Positions 42,259-56,219 of a stretch of DNA of 64,000 nt are shown here, piece by piece (positions within the stretch are counted from its first letter, which is position 1; every line of letters starts with the position of its first letter). The translations under genes were made by a program, and so were the position numbers. The stretch lies in the NCBI GenBank assembly GCA_951406725.2, contig OX597827.1, positions 67,084,001 through 67,148,000 on the forward strand, written 5' to 3'. The notes beneath the pieces were generated by a model, which ran no database searches, was not told the origin of the DNA, and was given only the letters and a program-made list of their open reading frames with translations. The DNA is from Octopus vulgaris. Taxonomy: Eukaryota.

Positions 42259-43010
42259 GAGATACGCTAAAAAGTTATACAACTTCATTTTTCTCGTCAA
42301 AGCTTACGCCGCATTGACAAAATCACTTGGGTGGCAACTGACGCCACCCGTGTAATACAAGTATAAATAAATTGTAACGGTTGACCGCGTCAGTTACTGG
42401 TTACTATGTCTACAGTATGGATGTGCTGCTAAGCGCGTTGATTGAATTTTCATTTTCAGCCCATGGATCGAGCGGAGGTAATGCCTTACGTTTTACCAAA
42501 TGCTTGCTGAAATTCAGGTGTCAAGCATTTTACATGATCCAACAGGCGTCTCGCGATGCTTACATAGGCATATCTCAAATCTAGTAGTGGTACAATCGTT
42601 CCAAATATCACCGTATTCAAGGGAGATTGAGGCAACTTCAAGCAGGCCATTCACAAGCCAAAACGAGGGGCTGATTAAGGCCTTGGATCGAATGTTCATT
42701 GAAGTTTATCGTGTAAATATCCAAGTAAACGCAGGATTAGTGTATACCATTATAACGGAGGGTTTTTACTGTGGGATAATTTTGGAGAAATTTATCCGCA
42801 TAGTCCTGGCGGATTAGCTGAAACAATTCTGCATGGAAATCTGTTAAGATATGTTGAGGTGTGCAAACCACGACTCAGACCTCAGGAGCACCGTCATCCC
42901 TGGCGATGAAACAGGTTTTTAGGGTCTCTGCTCGATGCGTTTGTTCATCTTGCTTTAAAATGATCCGAGTACTACACGTCTATACTCTAGATGTAAGAGC
43001 CCGGAACTGA
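42256..43010 (+). pseudogene. Decayed, internally deleted mariner transposon (HTH region through first catalytic Asp)
   Basis: TIR-like TACGAGATACGCTAAAAAGTT after (TA)n; ...AFYMIQQA...WYNR...SSRPFTSQNE...LVYTIITE...EKFIRIVL...TVIPGDET matches mariner GRPSTS/VITGDETW; contains stops and frameshifts. Confidence 0.8.
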
Positions 43011-43084
43011 CGAAGCCTAGAGGTACGTAAGTGTTCAGGGATACCCAATAAAGATGGCGTTATCTCCCACTCAATGCATTTGCA

Positions 43085-43352
43085 CGTCCGGGAAAGGTTC
43101 TTTATGGAAGGCCAAGGGTCACCCATGCATACCAGGCTCCCTTCTCCACGCCAGCGATGCCATCCAAGGGAAAGGGCAAAGGCTGATACAGCTTTGCAGC
43201 AGAGACGTCGCAGCTCATTACTAAAAGTGAGTGAACTGGAGCAAAGTGAAATGAAGTTTCTTGCTCAAGAAAATAACACACAGCCCAGTCCGGGAATCGA
43301 ACTTACTACCACATGACTCTGAGCTCGACGCTCTAAGCCATGATATATGCGG
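43085..43352 (-). mobile_element. SINE family D
   Basis: Homologous to 46955-47263 and 52070-52353. Confidence 0.8.
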
Positions 43353-43839
43353 TTTCACATGCACATATATATATATATCATCGTCATCAACATCATTAAA
43401 ATATAGCATGCCGATGTTTTGAATGGAAAATCTCAATTCAGGTGCAATGAAGTTAATGAAATTTTATGAGGGCAATTACTAACGTAATAGAATACACTGA
43501 ATATATAGAAGAAAATCAATAAAATAACTGTAATTATAGCAATAATTATTATCCGCGTTAGTTTTGACAGTTTTTTTTACATGGAGAAGACGAATAATGT
43601 CAGAATTGGCTTAAATGTAATTTTGCTCAAAATTCGTAGGAATACGATATTACTAGTAATCTGAATTTCTGACTTAATTTGATTTAAAATGTTTAAACTT
43701 GGACTACAGTTTGTAGTATCAAATGTTTTTTTCCGATCTGATAGGAGCGGAATCTTTTGTCGGTGTCTCTGATTGGCTGAAATGTTTCTACGAATAATTG
43801 CAGCCAATGTGAACTGTGTTTTTTTTTTTATTCAGCAAA

Positions 43840-44169
43840 TGGTTATAACACTAGAAGTATTAATATTTCAAAGTCTCCCTAAAGGAGACTACGGCAGCGG
43901 TACTGGATATTAATAGTTATCGCCAGGCTAATAGGGCAGTCCAGATATATAGGACGAATGCTGCTGTTGATTAGCTAGGTCCAAGAGGCCATCGCCTCTA
44001 GCTATGTGACACACGAACCTGTGTCCATTCACACCTGTTCGAAGGTTATAATGGACACAGGTTCGTGTGTCACATAGCTAGCTAGAGGCGGTGGCCTCTT
44101 GGAGCTAATCAACGGCAGCATTCGTCCTATATTTCTGGACTGCCATATTAGCTTGGTGGTTATAACACT
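43840..44169. mobile_element. Fold-back insertion: ~108-bp inverted arms, 20-bp spacer, 13-bp TSD
   Basis: Arms 43921-44029 and 44050-44158; TGGTTATAACACT at 43840-43852 and 44157-44169. Confidence 0.8.
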
Positions 44170-44254
44170 GTTATGATTTGAAAGAAATATTTCCTCATTT
44201 TACCACAGTTGACAAATGTGATGCACTTACTCGACTGTTCCTGCAGTATTGTCC

Positions 44255-44286
<32 letters not shown>

Positions 44287-44287
<1 letters not shown>

Positions 44288-44397
44288 GGCCTGCTCGCTT
44301 AGCCAGCGGGGTGGCGTCATTCAAAGGCTAAATCAATACGAACGCATTGTGACCAGCGATGTGTAACTACATCTGATGACTGGTCAGTCACGTGATA

Positions 44398-44404
<7 letters not shown>
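44287..44404 (+). mobile_element. Isolated tail type 1 of SINE C (or 3' end of its partner LINE) between TA tracts
   Basis: Matches 29665-29778. Confidence 0.82.
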
Positions 44405-44449
<45 letters not shown>

Positions 44450-44515
44450 TATACGTATATATATATATACGTATATATATATATATACGTATATATACGT
44501 ATATATATATATACG

Positions 44516-44550
<35 letters not shown>

Positions 44551-45321
44551 GCGTGTGTGTGTGTGTGTGTATGTACACATACGCACGCAGGCACGCACAT
44601 ATATATCTACATACACAACACAGACAGACAGGCGGAGTTAAATTGTGTCTAGGTTACGTAAGTCAACATCATCTATCCGCAGTAGTTCTAAGTCTCTCCG
44701 TCTAACATGAAGATTACGATATGACATCCAACATTCTGGATGTAACATACATCCGGTACAACACAAAGATAGATAGTCTAGAAAAAGAAGTCGAGAAAAA
44801 AAATCGATGGAAAATATACGAATATAAAGAAATAGTTGGAACTTAGGTGGGAAAACGGAAATGGAGAAATGTTGAATCATTCCATTATATTTTAGTAGCG
44901 ATACATCATAAATACGTAGTGTATTTCAATACAAATAAATGTCATGAAAATATTGGGAGTTTTAAGAACACCTGAAAACATATTTTTTTCTTTGTAAACA
45001 TCTTAGATATTTTTTTTATGAACTTTCAAGATCCTCGATGAAATATTGAAATTTCAAATTCGAATGCATTTAGCCCCTGCGTCATGCATATAAAGGATAA
45101 TGTTTTTCTGTCGTTTAGGAACTATAACAGCTAACTCCACCTCTGGTGATCCTGAGATTTGTTCTGCACTTATTGGCTATTGAAGCAAATCTTTATTCTG
45201 TAATTTATATATTATTAACATTCATGATTAAATACACACGCATGTTGGTATATGCATGTCTACATGCGCATATGTAGATGTATGTGTGTTCATATACATG
45301 CACGCATGTAAAAATGTATAT

Positions 45322-45354
<33 letters not shown>

Positions 45355-45385
45355 CTGTATACATATATATATATATATATGTATG

Positions 45386-45472
<87 letters not shown>

Positions 45473-45525
45473 GCATATATATATATGTGTGTGTGTGTAT
45501 ATATATATATGTGTGTGTGTGTATG

Positions 45526-45573
<48 letters not shown>

Positions 45574-45579
45574 CTGTGT

Positions 45580-45760
45580 ATATAGGGAAAATTCGTAAAG
45601 AAACAAAAAACGAAGACAAGTGGTGTAGACAACAAACAGATGTATTAGTATAATGCTCTGGCAGTGAGAATGCCTTTAACTTTTCGAGCCTACCCTCTTC
45701 CACAGAAACAAACAAAGAGAGAAAATAAAGAATGTGTAGTGGGCAGCGATCTATCATGGC
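45580..45760 (-). mobile_element. Second copy of the 14476-14680 TA-anchored hammerhead-like repeat
   Basis: Minus strand TTTCTGTGGAAGAGGGTAGGCTCGAAAAGTTAAAG...CCACTTGTCTTCGTTTTTTGTTTCTTTACGAATTTTCCCTATA. Confidence 0.6.
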
Positions 45761-45897
45761 GAATGCCGGACAGAAGGGTCACATGGGAGAGCTAGGGAGA
45801 AGGGGAGATAACACAGTGGTGGTGATCCCAAAACGAAGGTGCGAGAGCGTGTGTATAAGAGAGTGTGTATGTGCGTGTGGAAGAGGCCTGGTGATCT

Positions 45898-45938
<41 letters not shown>

Positions 45939-45968
45939 TGTGTATAAGTCTGCATCTGTAATGTAATT

Positions 45969-46012
<44 letters not shown>

Positions 46013-46099
46013 TATATCTACTCTGCTCTATCAATCGCTCTCTTCCTACCATATACATGGTGCGTTGAATAAAATGTCGCGTATATTTGCAAAAATGGT

Positions 46100-46180
46100 A
46101 ACATCCGAATTTTCACAAATTTCTCTTTTAAAAAAGATGTTAAAATTACTAAAAGAGAAATTTGTGGAAATTCGGATGTT
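46100..46180. repeat. Hairpin with 30-bp arms (29/30 match) and a 21-bp loop, adjacent to a Tc1-like TIR fragment
   Basis: 46100-46129 vs 46151-46180. Confidence 0.9.
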
Positions 46181-46954
46181 TGACCTATTTGCCTCATTGA
46201 ATGAATGATATCATACACCTGAGGAATATCGGAAATAGACCCTGATGTGCAGAATTTAAAACGATAGCGTGTAAAATTGTCGTCAAATAGTGATTTCGTA
46301 GAAGAGAAAAAGTAAAAAAGACAAATAATAATTTGATGAATGCGACGGAAATTCTTAAATGAAATTCCTTTTAACATATTGAAAACGGCAGAAGAAAATA
46401 TAATTTCAGAGATGAAGGTGACGTGTAGAACCAATGAAATAGCTAGGAAAATTAGCAGAGAGTAGTGATATCTGTCAAGTAAAAAGGTTTGATGTTATGA
46501 TAAATGCAACATTCTATAGCTTGAAGATTACAAAAGATAATATGAGAAAAAGGATTTTGACAAGAGCGTTATTAAATATACCAGATTAATATGCTGTTAA
46601 ATCGACCTTAGGAGTGTTGAAAACTTATCAAATAGCGTGATATCATTCTTTATCCACTGAATAGATGTTAGGTATCACGAGGAAGAACTTGATAGATTTG
46701 ACAAATTTGCGATATACACTGCATTGCAAAAGTAGTGATTACGTCTACGGATTATATATCGGAATAACGGACAATTACATTTTGTCCGTTAGTTTTTGTC
46801 CGTTATCAATTATTTGATATCAAATGAGCTGTGTACACATCAGGTTAACTTCGAATTGCCAGACCACAGAAACGAGAACCAAACGGCAGATAAGGTTTGT
46901 ATGGTGTAAATAACCAATTTTTGTGAAGTCTTAATGAAAAAAGGTAAAGCTCTC

Positions 46955-47263
46955 TTCGGTCATGAATGACCATACGATTGCACCAAGAAGGTAAAACTCC
47001 GAGATAAATTACCGGGGACAGTTGTTTATGGAAGACCAGCGGTCGTCCATGCATACAAACCTCCCCTAAACACGCCACCAATGTTATCCGAGGGAAAGGC
47101 AAAGGGGTCAATACAGCTTGGCAACTCGTTGCTACAGCTGAGTGAACTGGGCAAACGTGAAATAAAGTGTCTTGCTCAAGAAACAACACACGTCCCGATC
47201 CTGGAATCGAACTCACTACCTAGTGTTTGTAATCCCGGCGCTCTACCCACTGACTCATATGCC
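46955..47263 (-). mobile_element. SINE family D, near full length
   Basis: tRNA-like head, CORE-like body, tail GGTGCAATCGTATGGTCATTCATGACCGAAG. Confidence 0.82.
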
Positions 47264-47351
47264 TTAGAGTGATGATATATTCTGAATGAGTAGATAGGAA
47301 GGAAAGCGGTGTCCATTATCCATAATATAGTTAGCCGGATTGGTAAGAGGA

Positions 47352-47453
47352 ACCTTGGCACCTTGGGCAAGTGTCTTCTACTATAGCCTTGGGCCGACCA
47401 AAGCCTTGTGAGTGGATTAGGTAGACAGAAACTGAAAGCTCGTCGTATATATG

Positions 47454-47550
<97 letters not shown>

Positions 47551-47775
47551 ATGTATGTATGTATGTATGTATGTATGTTTGTGTGTCTGTGTTTGTCCCC
47601 CCAACATCGTATTGACAGCAATGCTGCTGTGTTTACGTCTTTAGCAAAAGAGTCCAATAGTAATAAGTACTAGGCTTACAAAGAATAAGTCCTAGGGTCG
47701 ATTTTCTCGACTGGTGCTCCAGTATGGCCACAGTCAAATGGCTGAAACAAGTAAGAGAGTAAGGAGAAAAAGAGT
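47352..47775 (+). mobile_element. SINE family A, 5'-truncated, with an expanded internal (TA)/(TATG) microsatellite
   Basis: Both A-family halves flank 47445-47580. Confidence 0.85.
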
Positions 47776-48293
47776 AAGTATTCAACTGCGACAACCAGCT
47801 TTGGTGAATGCTGTTATGTAAAAGTTTACCTGATAGTGTTGTAAAACATGAAAGTACTTGCGAAAATACAAAAAATGGACTATGAAAATTAGTCTATCCT
47901 GGAATTTGATTCAGTAATATAGTTGTGTATTTGTTTGTATGGATGTGTAAACATATTCCCATGTGCGTAGAGTGTGTCTAAGAATATATATATATATGTA
48001 CATTTTAGGCAATGTCTTTTTCATGACCCGCTTGGAACTACGTGTATTTGTGTTCATATGAAAATGCCTAAATGAATGTGTGGTTGTTTTAGTGCGGACT
48101 GACATTTCATATTTCTCTGTGAGCGAGAATGTGTGTGTGAATGTGTGTGAACGCGTGTGTGCATATGTGTGTGTGTGAATGAACGGCTGTTTATCCGTTT
48201 CTTGACGGGTCTAAGTGTTTGTTTACGAGTCAGGCCATATAGGATAAAACCCTGAGTCAGTCATATGTTTGGAAACTACTACTACTACATTCG

Positions 48294-48327
<34 letters not shown>

Positions 48328-48763
48328 ATTCGCTAATGCCACTGGTAGTTGTAGTAGTTGTTTTTGTTTAGTTAATTTTGTTTTAGTAGTATTAACTACA
48401 GACCATCAACAGGAATTATTTTCGTCCTACCAAGTTGACTCTACGGTTCGGCCGTCATAGATTTCGATTAAATAAGGGGACGGTTAAAAGCACCAATCCA
48501 TTTGAGAAACTCCTCTCTAGTTACAAAATAATTTCTGTTGTCCCTAATCCTTGCAGAAAATGCTTTGCGCCTAATTTTTGTGTTTTTTTTTTTTTTTTGC
48601 TTTGTCATCCTTTCGGACCTTTATGCTTCGATTTCAAACTTAGCAGTCAATACTGTATTGGATTGTGTTTAATCTCAAAATTCCCGGAATTATGTTTGGC
48701 GGCACCATGAGCACATCAGTTGTCGTTTAGTGGGGTTGAGAGAAATACATACACAACACATAA

Positions 48764-48823
<60 letters not shown>

Positions 48824-48889
48824 CAGCTAAATTCACTTACAAATTATTGGTTACCCCGACCTTTCGATAAAGGTTACTTGCACAAGATC

Positions 48890-49173
48890 CTTCTTCTTCT
48901 TCTTCTTCTTCTTCTTCTTCTTCTTCTTCTTCTTCTTCTTCTTCTTCTTCTTCTTCTTCTTCTTCTTCTTCGTCTTCTTCTTCGTCTTCTTCTTCTTCTT
49001 CTTCTTTTTTTACCCTTATGGAGCATAGGGACTCAGCAGTTGTTTTCCACTTTTTGCGGTCGTTGTCGTGTTTCTTGGCTGCTTACCATGTCAGGCCGGT
49101 GGTCTTAAGCTCGTCCAAAATGCTCCGCTTCCATGTCTGCTTCGGGCGTCCTCATTTCTTTTTCCCCTGCGGG
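48890..49173 (-). mobile_element. RTE LINE 3' end with an expanded (GAA)n tail
   Basis: Minus strand PQGKKK*GRPKQTWKRSILDELKTTGLTW*AAKKHDNDRKKWKTTAESLCS, then (GAA)n at 48890-49005. Confidence 0.85.
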
Positions 49174-49551
49174 TACATTAGTGACATAGGACTGGAAGCC
49201 AAAGTTTTGAAATAAGCTACTTCACACAGGTTCCCAGGATCCTTCACAATATTAAGTGCTAACCTTTTGCATCTTTAGACATCAGACCATATCAAGTCGC
49301 CATTGCTTTGTATATTACAGGTTTTGATTGACTTAAAAATATTGTGACATTTTTAATTACGTTACTCCACAAAGTATTTGTGACGTTTAGCGTATGTCGT
49401 AACACCACGTCAGTATTTTCAAATGTTTAGAAAGCGGGTGATAGAATTCCTTGGGTAGCGGTCAAAACAGGATTTATTTTCTTGGTTATTTCTGTTTGTT
49501 TTTTTTCTTGCATTTAATTTTTCTAGTTGTTGACATAAATTACATCGTCAG

Positions 49552-50000
49552 TGCGGTGAGCTAGCAGGCCGTTAGCACACCGGGTAAAATATTTAGCGGC
49601 ATTTCGTCCGTCTTTGTGTTCTGTATTCAAATTCCACCAAAGTCGACTTTGCCTTTCATACTAACGGACTCGATAAAATAATTGCCAGTTGAGCAATGAG
49701 TCAGTGTAATCGACTTGACTACTCACCCTCAAAACTGCAGGCCTTGTGTCAAAAGTTAAAAACCAATATGAATTACATTTTTAAGGCAGCTATCTTGTAG
49801 AATCGTAAGCACGCCGGTCAAAATTCTCAGCAGCATTTCGTCCGTCCTTATGTTCTGCGTTCAAATTCTACGAAGGTCGACTTCGACTTTTATCCTTTCA
49901 AGATTGATAAAATACGAAACAGTTGTACATTGAATCGATATAATCGACTTAACTCCTCCGCCGAAATTGCTGGCCATATACTAAAATTCAAAACCAATAT
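49552..50000 (+). mobile_element. Two tandem decayed SINE B copies
   Basis: 49552-49770 and 49782-50000. Confidence 0.75.
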
Positions 50001-50574
50001 AAATTACTTTTGTCTTTTTGAATCAAACGAAGACTACCCTACCACCGAGTCTTTTCAATCTTTAATCGCCAAAACGCCTCCTTGATAAATAAACTAAAAA
50101 AATCGTTGTTTATATGAGAAATCACAGCTGGTGTTCATATTTTCAAAGAAAATGGCGGATAGGATTCTTAAAGAAAACAACTAAAATCTTGGCGCATTTC
50201 GGTACACTGCCATAATTTCTAAATTCACTTATAGCCATGCTTTCAACTTTTTTAGTAGATCGATAAAATAAATATAAATCAACGACTAAAATCGATTTAA
50301 TTGACTACATTCCTCCCTCCGATAAAGTATTTTCTCCTACGCTTCTATTAGAAATCGATATTAGGTTTAGGCCTAAACGTGGTTATTTCAAATACGTTAC
50401 GTTCGTTTGTTGATCAGCTTGTTTGTCATCACTGCATCCGTCGTTTAATATTTTTTTTTTTGCTTTCCTTTGTTTAGCATCTGAATTTCTTCTGTCCGCT
50501 GGATTGGATCGTCTTCATCAGCAACTGTGAATATGTTTCGACATCAATATTCAGCCGTCTCACAACGGTCATTG

Positions 50575-50608
50575 TCATCTTCATCCATCATCATAATCAT
50601 CATCATCA

Positions 50609-50640
<32 letters not shown>

Positions 50641-51360
50641 CACCATCATCAACGTCATCATCAACGTCATCATCATCATTATCACAATCATCATGATCAT
50701 CACCGCCATCATCATCATCACCACCATCATCATCATCATCATCATCAACATCATCATCACAATCATCATAATCATCATCATCAACACCACCACCACCATC
50801 ATCACCATCATCACCACCACCACCACCATCACCATCATCATCATCACAATCATCATCATCATCACCACCACCACCATCATCATCATCATCTCCACCACCA
50901 TCATCATCACCATAACTACCACCACCACCACCACCACCAACATCATCATCATCATCATAGTCATAGTTGTCGTCGTCGTCAACGTCACCATCATTATCAA
51001 CGCTGTCGTCGTCACCACCGTCGTCGTTATATCAGTCCTCATAGTAGTCATCATCATCATACTCATTGATATCATCGTCATTATTATCGTAAACATAGTC
51101 ATTATCTTCGTCGTCGTCGTCGTCCTTGTCATCGTTGTAGCCTTCTTCTCTTCATTTTCTCCTCTTCATCTCATTTTTATCGTCATCATCATTCTCATCA
51201 TCATTATCGTCGTCCTCGTCGTCGTAGTAGTGATTGCCATCACCGTAGCCTTCTTCTCTTCCCTTTCTCCACTTCATCTCATTTTTATCGTCATCATCAT
51301 CCTCATCATCATCATCGTCGTCGTCGTCATCTTCAACATCATTATCGTCATTGTCGTCGT
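50575..51360. repeat. ~790-bp (CAT/CAC/CGT)n trinucleotide region with a ~60-bp internal duplication
   Basis: Directly visible; GTAGCCTTCTTCTCTTC...CTCATTTTTATCGTCATCATCAT at ~51137 and ~51245. Confidence 0.95.
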
Positions 51361-51999
51361 GGTTACATAATCTCTGTTGCATCACGACTACGTATTCCTG
51401 ATAATGATTTAATGTCAGATAACAAGCGAACGAGAACATGAAACCAGAAACCGCTGGTTACAAACTCATTTATTAGTAAATCAAAACGAAGACCGTCTCT
51501 ACCCTCACAACCATTCTCTTACCTTCCTTACTACCATTTCTGTTCTTATTTATATTGTTGCTTTTTCTCCATATTTCATTTTTAACGTTTGGCTGACTAC
51601 ATCAGGAGCAGGTATAGCTTCAAGGTAACATAGTTAACTTCGCAACTACGTGGTTTCAAGTTCGCCCTTGCTATGTGATATTTTGGGCAAATGTCCTTCT
51701 CGTTTACTTTTGGGACCGAGCAATATTCGTAGGTAAATTTGGTTGACGGAAAACTGCATCGAAGTATATGTATATGTACTTGCCGAAATTTCGAGGATAA
51801 TTTGGTGCTTGACTGATGATGGAAAACGTCGCATGACCCGTCTTTGTTTTCTTTGTATCGTCTATTTGGATGTTTTGCTGTCCCTTTTTGTATCACCTAG
51901 CTGTCTGGGTGTTTTGCGTTCTTTTCTCATTTTGTATTTCATATATATATATGTGTGTATGTGTGTGTGTGTGTGTGTATGTGTGTGTGTGTGTGTGTT

Positions 52000-52069
<70 letters not shown>

Positions 52070-52070
<1 letters not shown>

Positions 52071-52353
52071 TCCCTTCGGTCCTGAATGACCATGGGATTG
52101 CACCTAAAACGATCCCTTCCGAGGTACAAGTCCGGGAGATTTGTTTATGGAAAACCAGCAGGCACCCGTGTATACCACGTCATCGACAGAGCTTGGCACC
52201 ATTGACGTCGCAACTCATTTCTACAGATGAGTGAACTGGAGCAACGTATAATAAAGGTATTTGCTCAATTAAACAAACACAGCCCGGCCATCGAGCTTTA
52301 GAGCTCATGATTGTGGGCCTGACTCTCTAACCGCTGAGCCATGTGCCTTCACA
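52070..52353 (-). mobile_element. SINE family D whose 3' end runs into the (GATA)n at 52000-52069
   Basis: Homologous to 46955-47263. Confidence 0.82.
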
Positions 52354-52998
52354 CTTACACATATGTACACATATAACTGTGTGTGTGTTTGGGTGTGTGT
52401 GTACACGCTTATACACAACTTCTAGCATTTTGGCAAAAGCTAGTAATAGAACGGGTACCAGAATTAAAATGAAAATACATACGGGTGCGGATTTGTTCTA
52501 TTTATACACTTCAACGTGTTTCCGTTTTATGGCCGCCAACCGATTGAGTGAAACAAGCAAAAAAACAAAAGCCAGATAAAAGAGAAACGATTTGATTATT
52601 TGTTTTCTGTTCTTTTATCATTGATCAATTATCAGCTAGTGCCATTAAGAAAATAGATGTGACAGGTTATTTAGCGAAACGTCGTCTAGTAAGTTGTTAC
52701 TCATTATTGATACACCATTAGATGGTCAGAAATATCATTAAGAAAGAAATATATATAAATATATATAAAACAAATAGACTGACAAGAGAAAAATGAATCG
52801 TAAAATAGGAAATATATTATTGTTTTTGTATAAGTTATTGTTGTTGTGAAGCCAGCGAGGTAACATAATCGTTAGCACTTCGGGCAGAATGTTTAGCGGC
52901 GTTTCATCCAGCTTTATGGTCTCACTTCAAATTCTTCTTAGCTGGACGATTCTGTCTTTCATCGTTGCGGCAATCGATAAAATAGGCCGGCGAGCTGA

Positions 52999-53050
<52 letters not shown>

Positions 53051-53069
53051 ATATACAGACACACACATG

Positions 53070-53106
<37 letters not shown>

Positions 53107-53124
53107 GTATATACACACATCTCG

Positions 53125-53283
53125 GACTTGTTTCAGTTTCCGTCTACCTATTCCACCCACAGGGGTTTGGTCTGCCCGAAGCTACAGTAGAAGACACTCG
53201 TCCAAGTTACTACGCAATGCGACTGAACCTGGAACCATGTGGAAGGGAAGCAAGCTTCTCACCACGCAGCCACGCCTGCCCCT
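53125..53283 (-). mobile_element. SINE family A, 5' half
   Basis: Homologous to 9782-9946. Confidence 0.78.
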
Positions 53284-53753
53284 ATAATGTAGTTATTGCC
53301 GTATTGTTTGAAATACTACAAATTTAAACGTCCCCAAATAGTTGCCAAACGTCGATTCCTTAGCGCCGACACAGCATCGATAGCTAACGAATAAGTATTC
53401 CATCCAATGCTGTATTAATAGCGACTTTGTATGTAACTGAAACAAATTCCCTCCATAGACATACTGAAAGAATTCTGACGCAAACGGGGTCTGTCGCAAG
53501 AGAACGGATGTGAAACAATATGTTATTCATTGATGCTGCACATCAGTTACCTAGCAACGATAGGTATTAGGAACGAAGCTGACCCATACATAAACCAAAT
53601 CATAAGTCATATACATGCATGCAAGGATGGACATATAACTGTATACATACAACCACACACAGAGAGACTAACACACAAACAGGAGTAATGGACACTGCGC
53701 ATTTAATAGAATATGTAAGACAAGTAAAACACAAAAGATGAAAGCAGATCAGT

Positions 53754-54049
53754 ATATATACCCAAAGCACATAGCACTACTTTGAAGTTATCAGGGAAGA
53801 CACTGTATGATAAAACTGCTAGCCGCATCGTCATCATTATGATAATAATGATTATAACAATAATTATGATGGTTTGAAATTTTGGCACAAGAGGTGGGGG
53901 CAAGACCATTATATCGACACTAGTGGTAATTTATGTTATCGACTCCGAAATGATAAAAGGCAAATTCATTCTCAGCGGAATTTGAATTTAGAATGTAAAG
54001 ACGGACGAAATACTGTTAACTATTTTGCCCTACTGCTAACGAATCTGCC

Positions 54050-54099
<50 letters not shown>

Positions 54100-54178
54100 G
54101 ACGATAAGGCTAACAGTTTTATTATACAGTGTCTTCCCTGATAATTTCAAAGTAGTGCTATGAGCTTTGGGTATATAT
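53754..54178. repeat. Inverted repeat with ~79-bp arms enclosing (AAT)n and a decayed SINE B
   Basis: Arms 53754-53832 and 54100-54178, about 90% identical by eye. Confidence 0.9.
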
Positions 54179-55544
54179 AACATTGCTCTGATGCAGTATC
54201 AGGCAGTGGCTCTCGTGGCTTCTGATCTTAACTGATTGGAAGTGTTATCATGTACATTGTTTTGTGTGTGTATAAAAGATGGGCTACAGCAAATATTCTG
54301 CTCAATACCACAGATTTGCTTGTCTGTTGTTTGACCTTAACCAGTTGACCATGTCCTTTAGTGGCTGACGATATGTGCATCTCTGATCATGAGTAGAAGT
54401 AGTAGGGGAGCATCATAGCCATGTGTTGAGAGCGATTCTTTGGGGTTTAACTAATCCACCTCTGGTAACACGGGTGTTTCTTTCAACATCATTAAACAAC
54501 CCTTATTCAGTGACCTTTTGAGTGGGATGGGTTACTCGACCAGAAGAAAATTCTAACTGGGCCCCATCTGTAAGATCAAGCGCTGTTTTTCTTGATATGA
54601 GATCACCATGTCGCACACACATGGTTGTGATGCATGTGCCTGGTGTACCCTTATCAGACGAGTAGGCATGATGGGTATACCGGGCTTCGTATATTTTACC
54701 CCAGTGTCACTTTTATGGCATGCACTGCTCTCTCACTCAATAATAATAATAATAATGATAATAATAATAATAATAATAATAATAATTTTGGTACAGGGTG
54801 AACAATTTCATCGAGGCCCAGTGTTCAACTGGTACTTATTTTATCGACCTCCGGAAAGATGAAAGGCAAAGTCAATCTCGGAGGAATTCTATCTTAGAAA
54901 ATAATGACGGACAAAATGACACTATGAAATTTTACCTGTCGTGCTAACAATCCTGCTAACTGTCCGCCTTAATAATAACATGATGATAATAATAATAATA
55001 AATCTTAGGAAACTACAGTTCTGGCGCTGAACAAGAAAAACTATATGAAACAGTTTTGTTTTCGTTCTTAGCCTCCTTGTTTGTTTGCTTTTTGCTTTTT
55101 TATGCTTTTCTTTTTTTTTTTTGGTTCTCTTTTTTTTTTTTTTAGAAGAACCATCTTATTTGTAACATAAGCTTTTTTAATGTGTTACAGCAAACAATCT
55201 AAGTATGTTCTCTGATTATGTTAGGTAAAATAGTGGCGATGTTGATCATGAAAGGAGGAGGCACAGAAGTGGGGGAGGGGAAAGATTGATGATGGGATGA
55301 ATGGGCTGGTGGAGTAAAAGGAAGAGATAGAATGGCTGTGTATAAGGTGGGTGGTATGTGTTTGTGGGAGGGGAGAGATACTTTAAATTACATCCAGATC
55401 TATGTCCAACATTGTCCCGCGATGATCAGATTTCCGACGTTAATGGACTGCAGTCGAATCACTTGAGTATACTATACATCTACGTGTCCTTTTGTCTAAT
55501 CAAAATTCATGAACAAACATATGTACACCCACACTCCTAGATTT

Positions 55545-55580
<36 letters not shown>

Positions 55581-55759
55581 ACGCACACGAACACAAATAC
55601 ATACACAAGCGCGCACACGCACACATCACGCATACGGATGCACGCCACACATCACGCATACGGATGCACGCCACACACCGCACACAGTGTTTATAAATGT
55701 ACGTGTATGTTTGCGTGAGTCGATGTGCGTTTGTTTGCGAATGCGTGTATATTATATCC

Positions 55760-55791
<32 letters not shown>

Positions 55792-55974
55792 GTGTGTGTG
55801 TGTTTGTGTGTGTGTGTGAGTGTGTGTGTATACACAAGCATATGTATATATATATATATCTGTATAAAAGTGCATCTAGCTTATATACAACGTATTTATG
55901 TATATTTCTTTCAACGTATTCATATATGCGTCCTATCTCTCTCTATATATACATATATATATAGAGAGATTTAT

Positions 55975-56033
<59 letters not shown>

Positions 56034-56039
56034 CATGCA

Positions 56040-56083
<44 letters not shown>

Positions 56084-56173
56084 TGCATCTAGCTTATATA
56101 CAACGTATGTATGTATGCATCTATCTACGTAACTATATGTGTCCTATCTCTCTCTCTTTATTTATCTATCTAT

Positions 56174-56219
<46 letters not shown>

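Noticed and set aside
50527-51370. His-rich 180-aa and hydrophobic 225-aa ORFs
   Set aside because: A trinucleotide repeat that is open in several frames on both strands, typical of non-coding (CAT)n
53293-53499. Possible minus-strand exon (acceptor-like TTCTCTTGCGACAG)
   Set aside because: No recognisable protein and only a weak donor; cannot be supported
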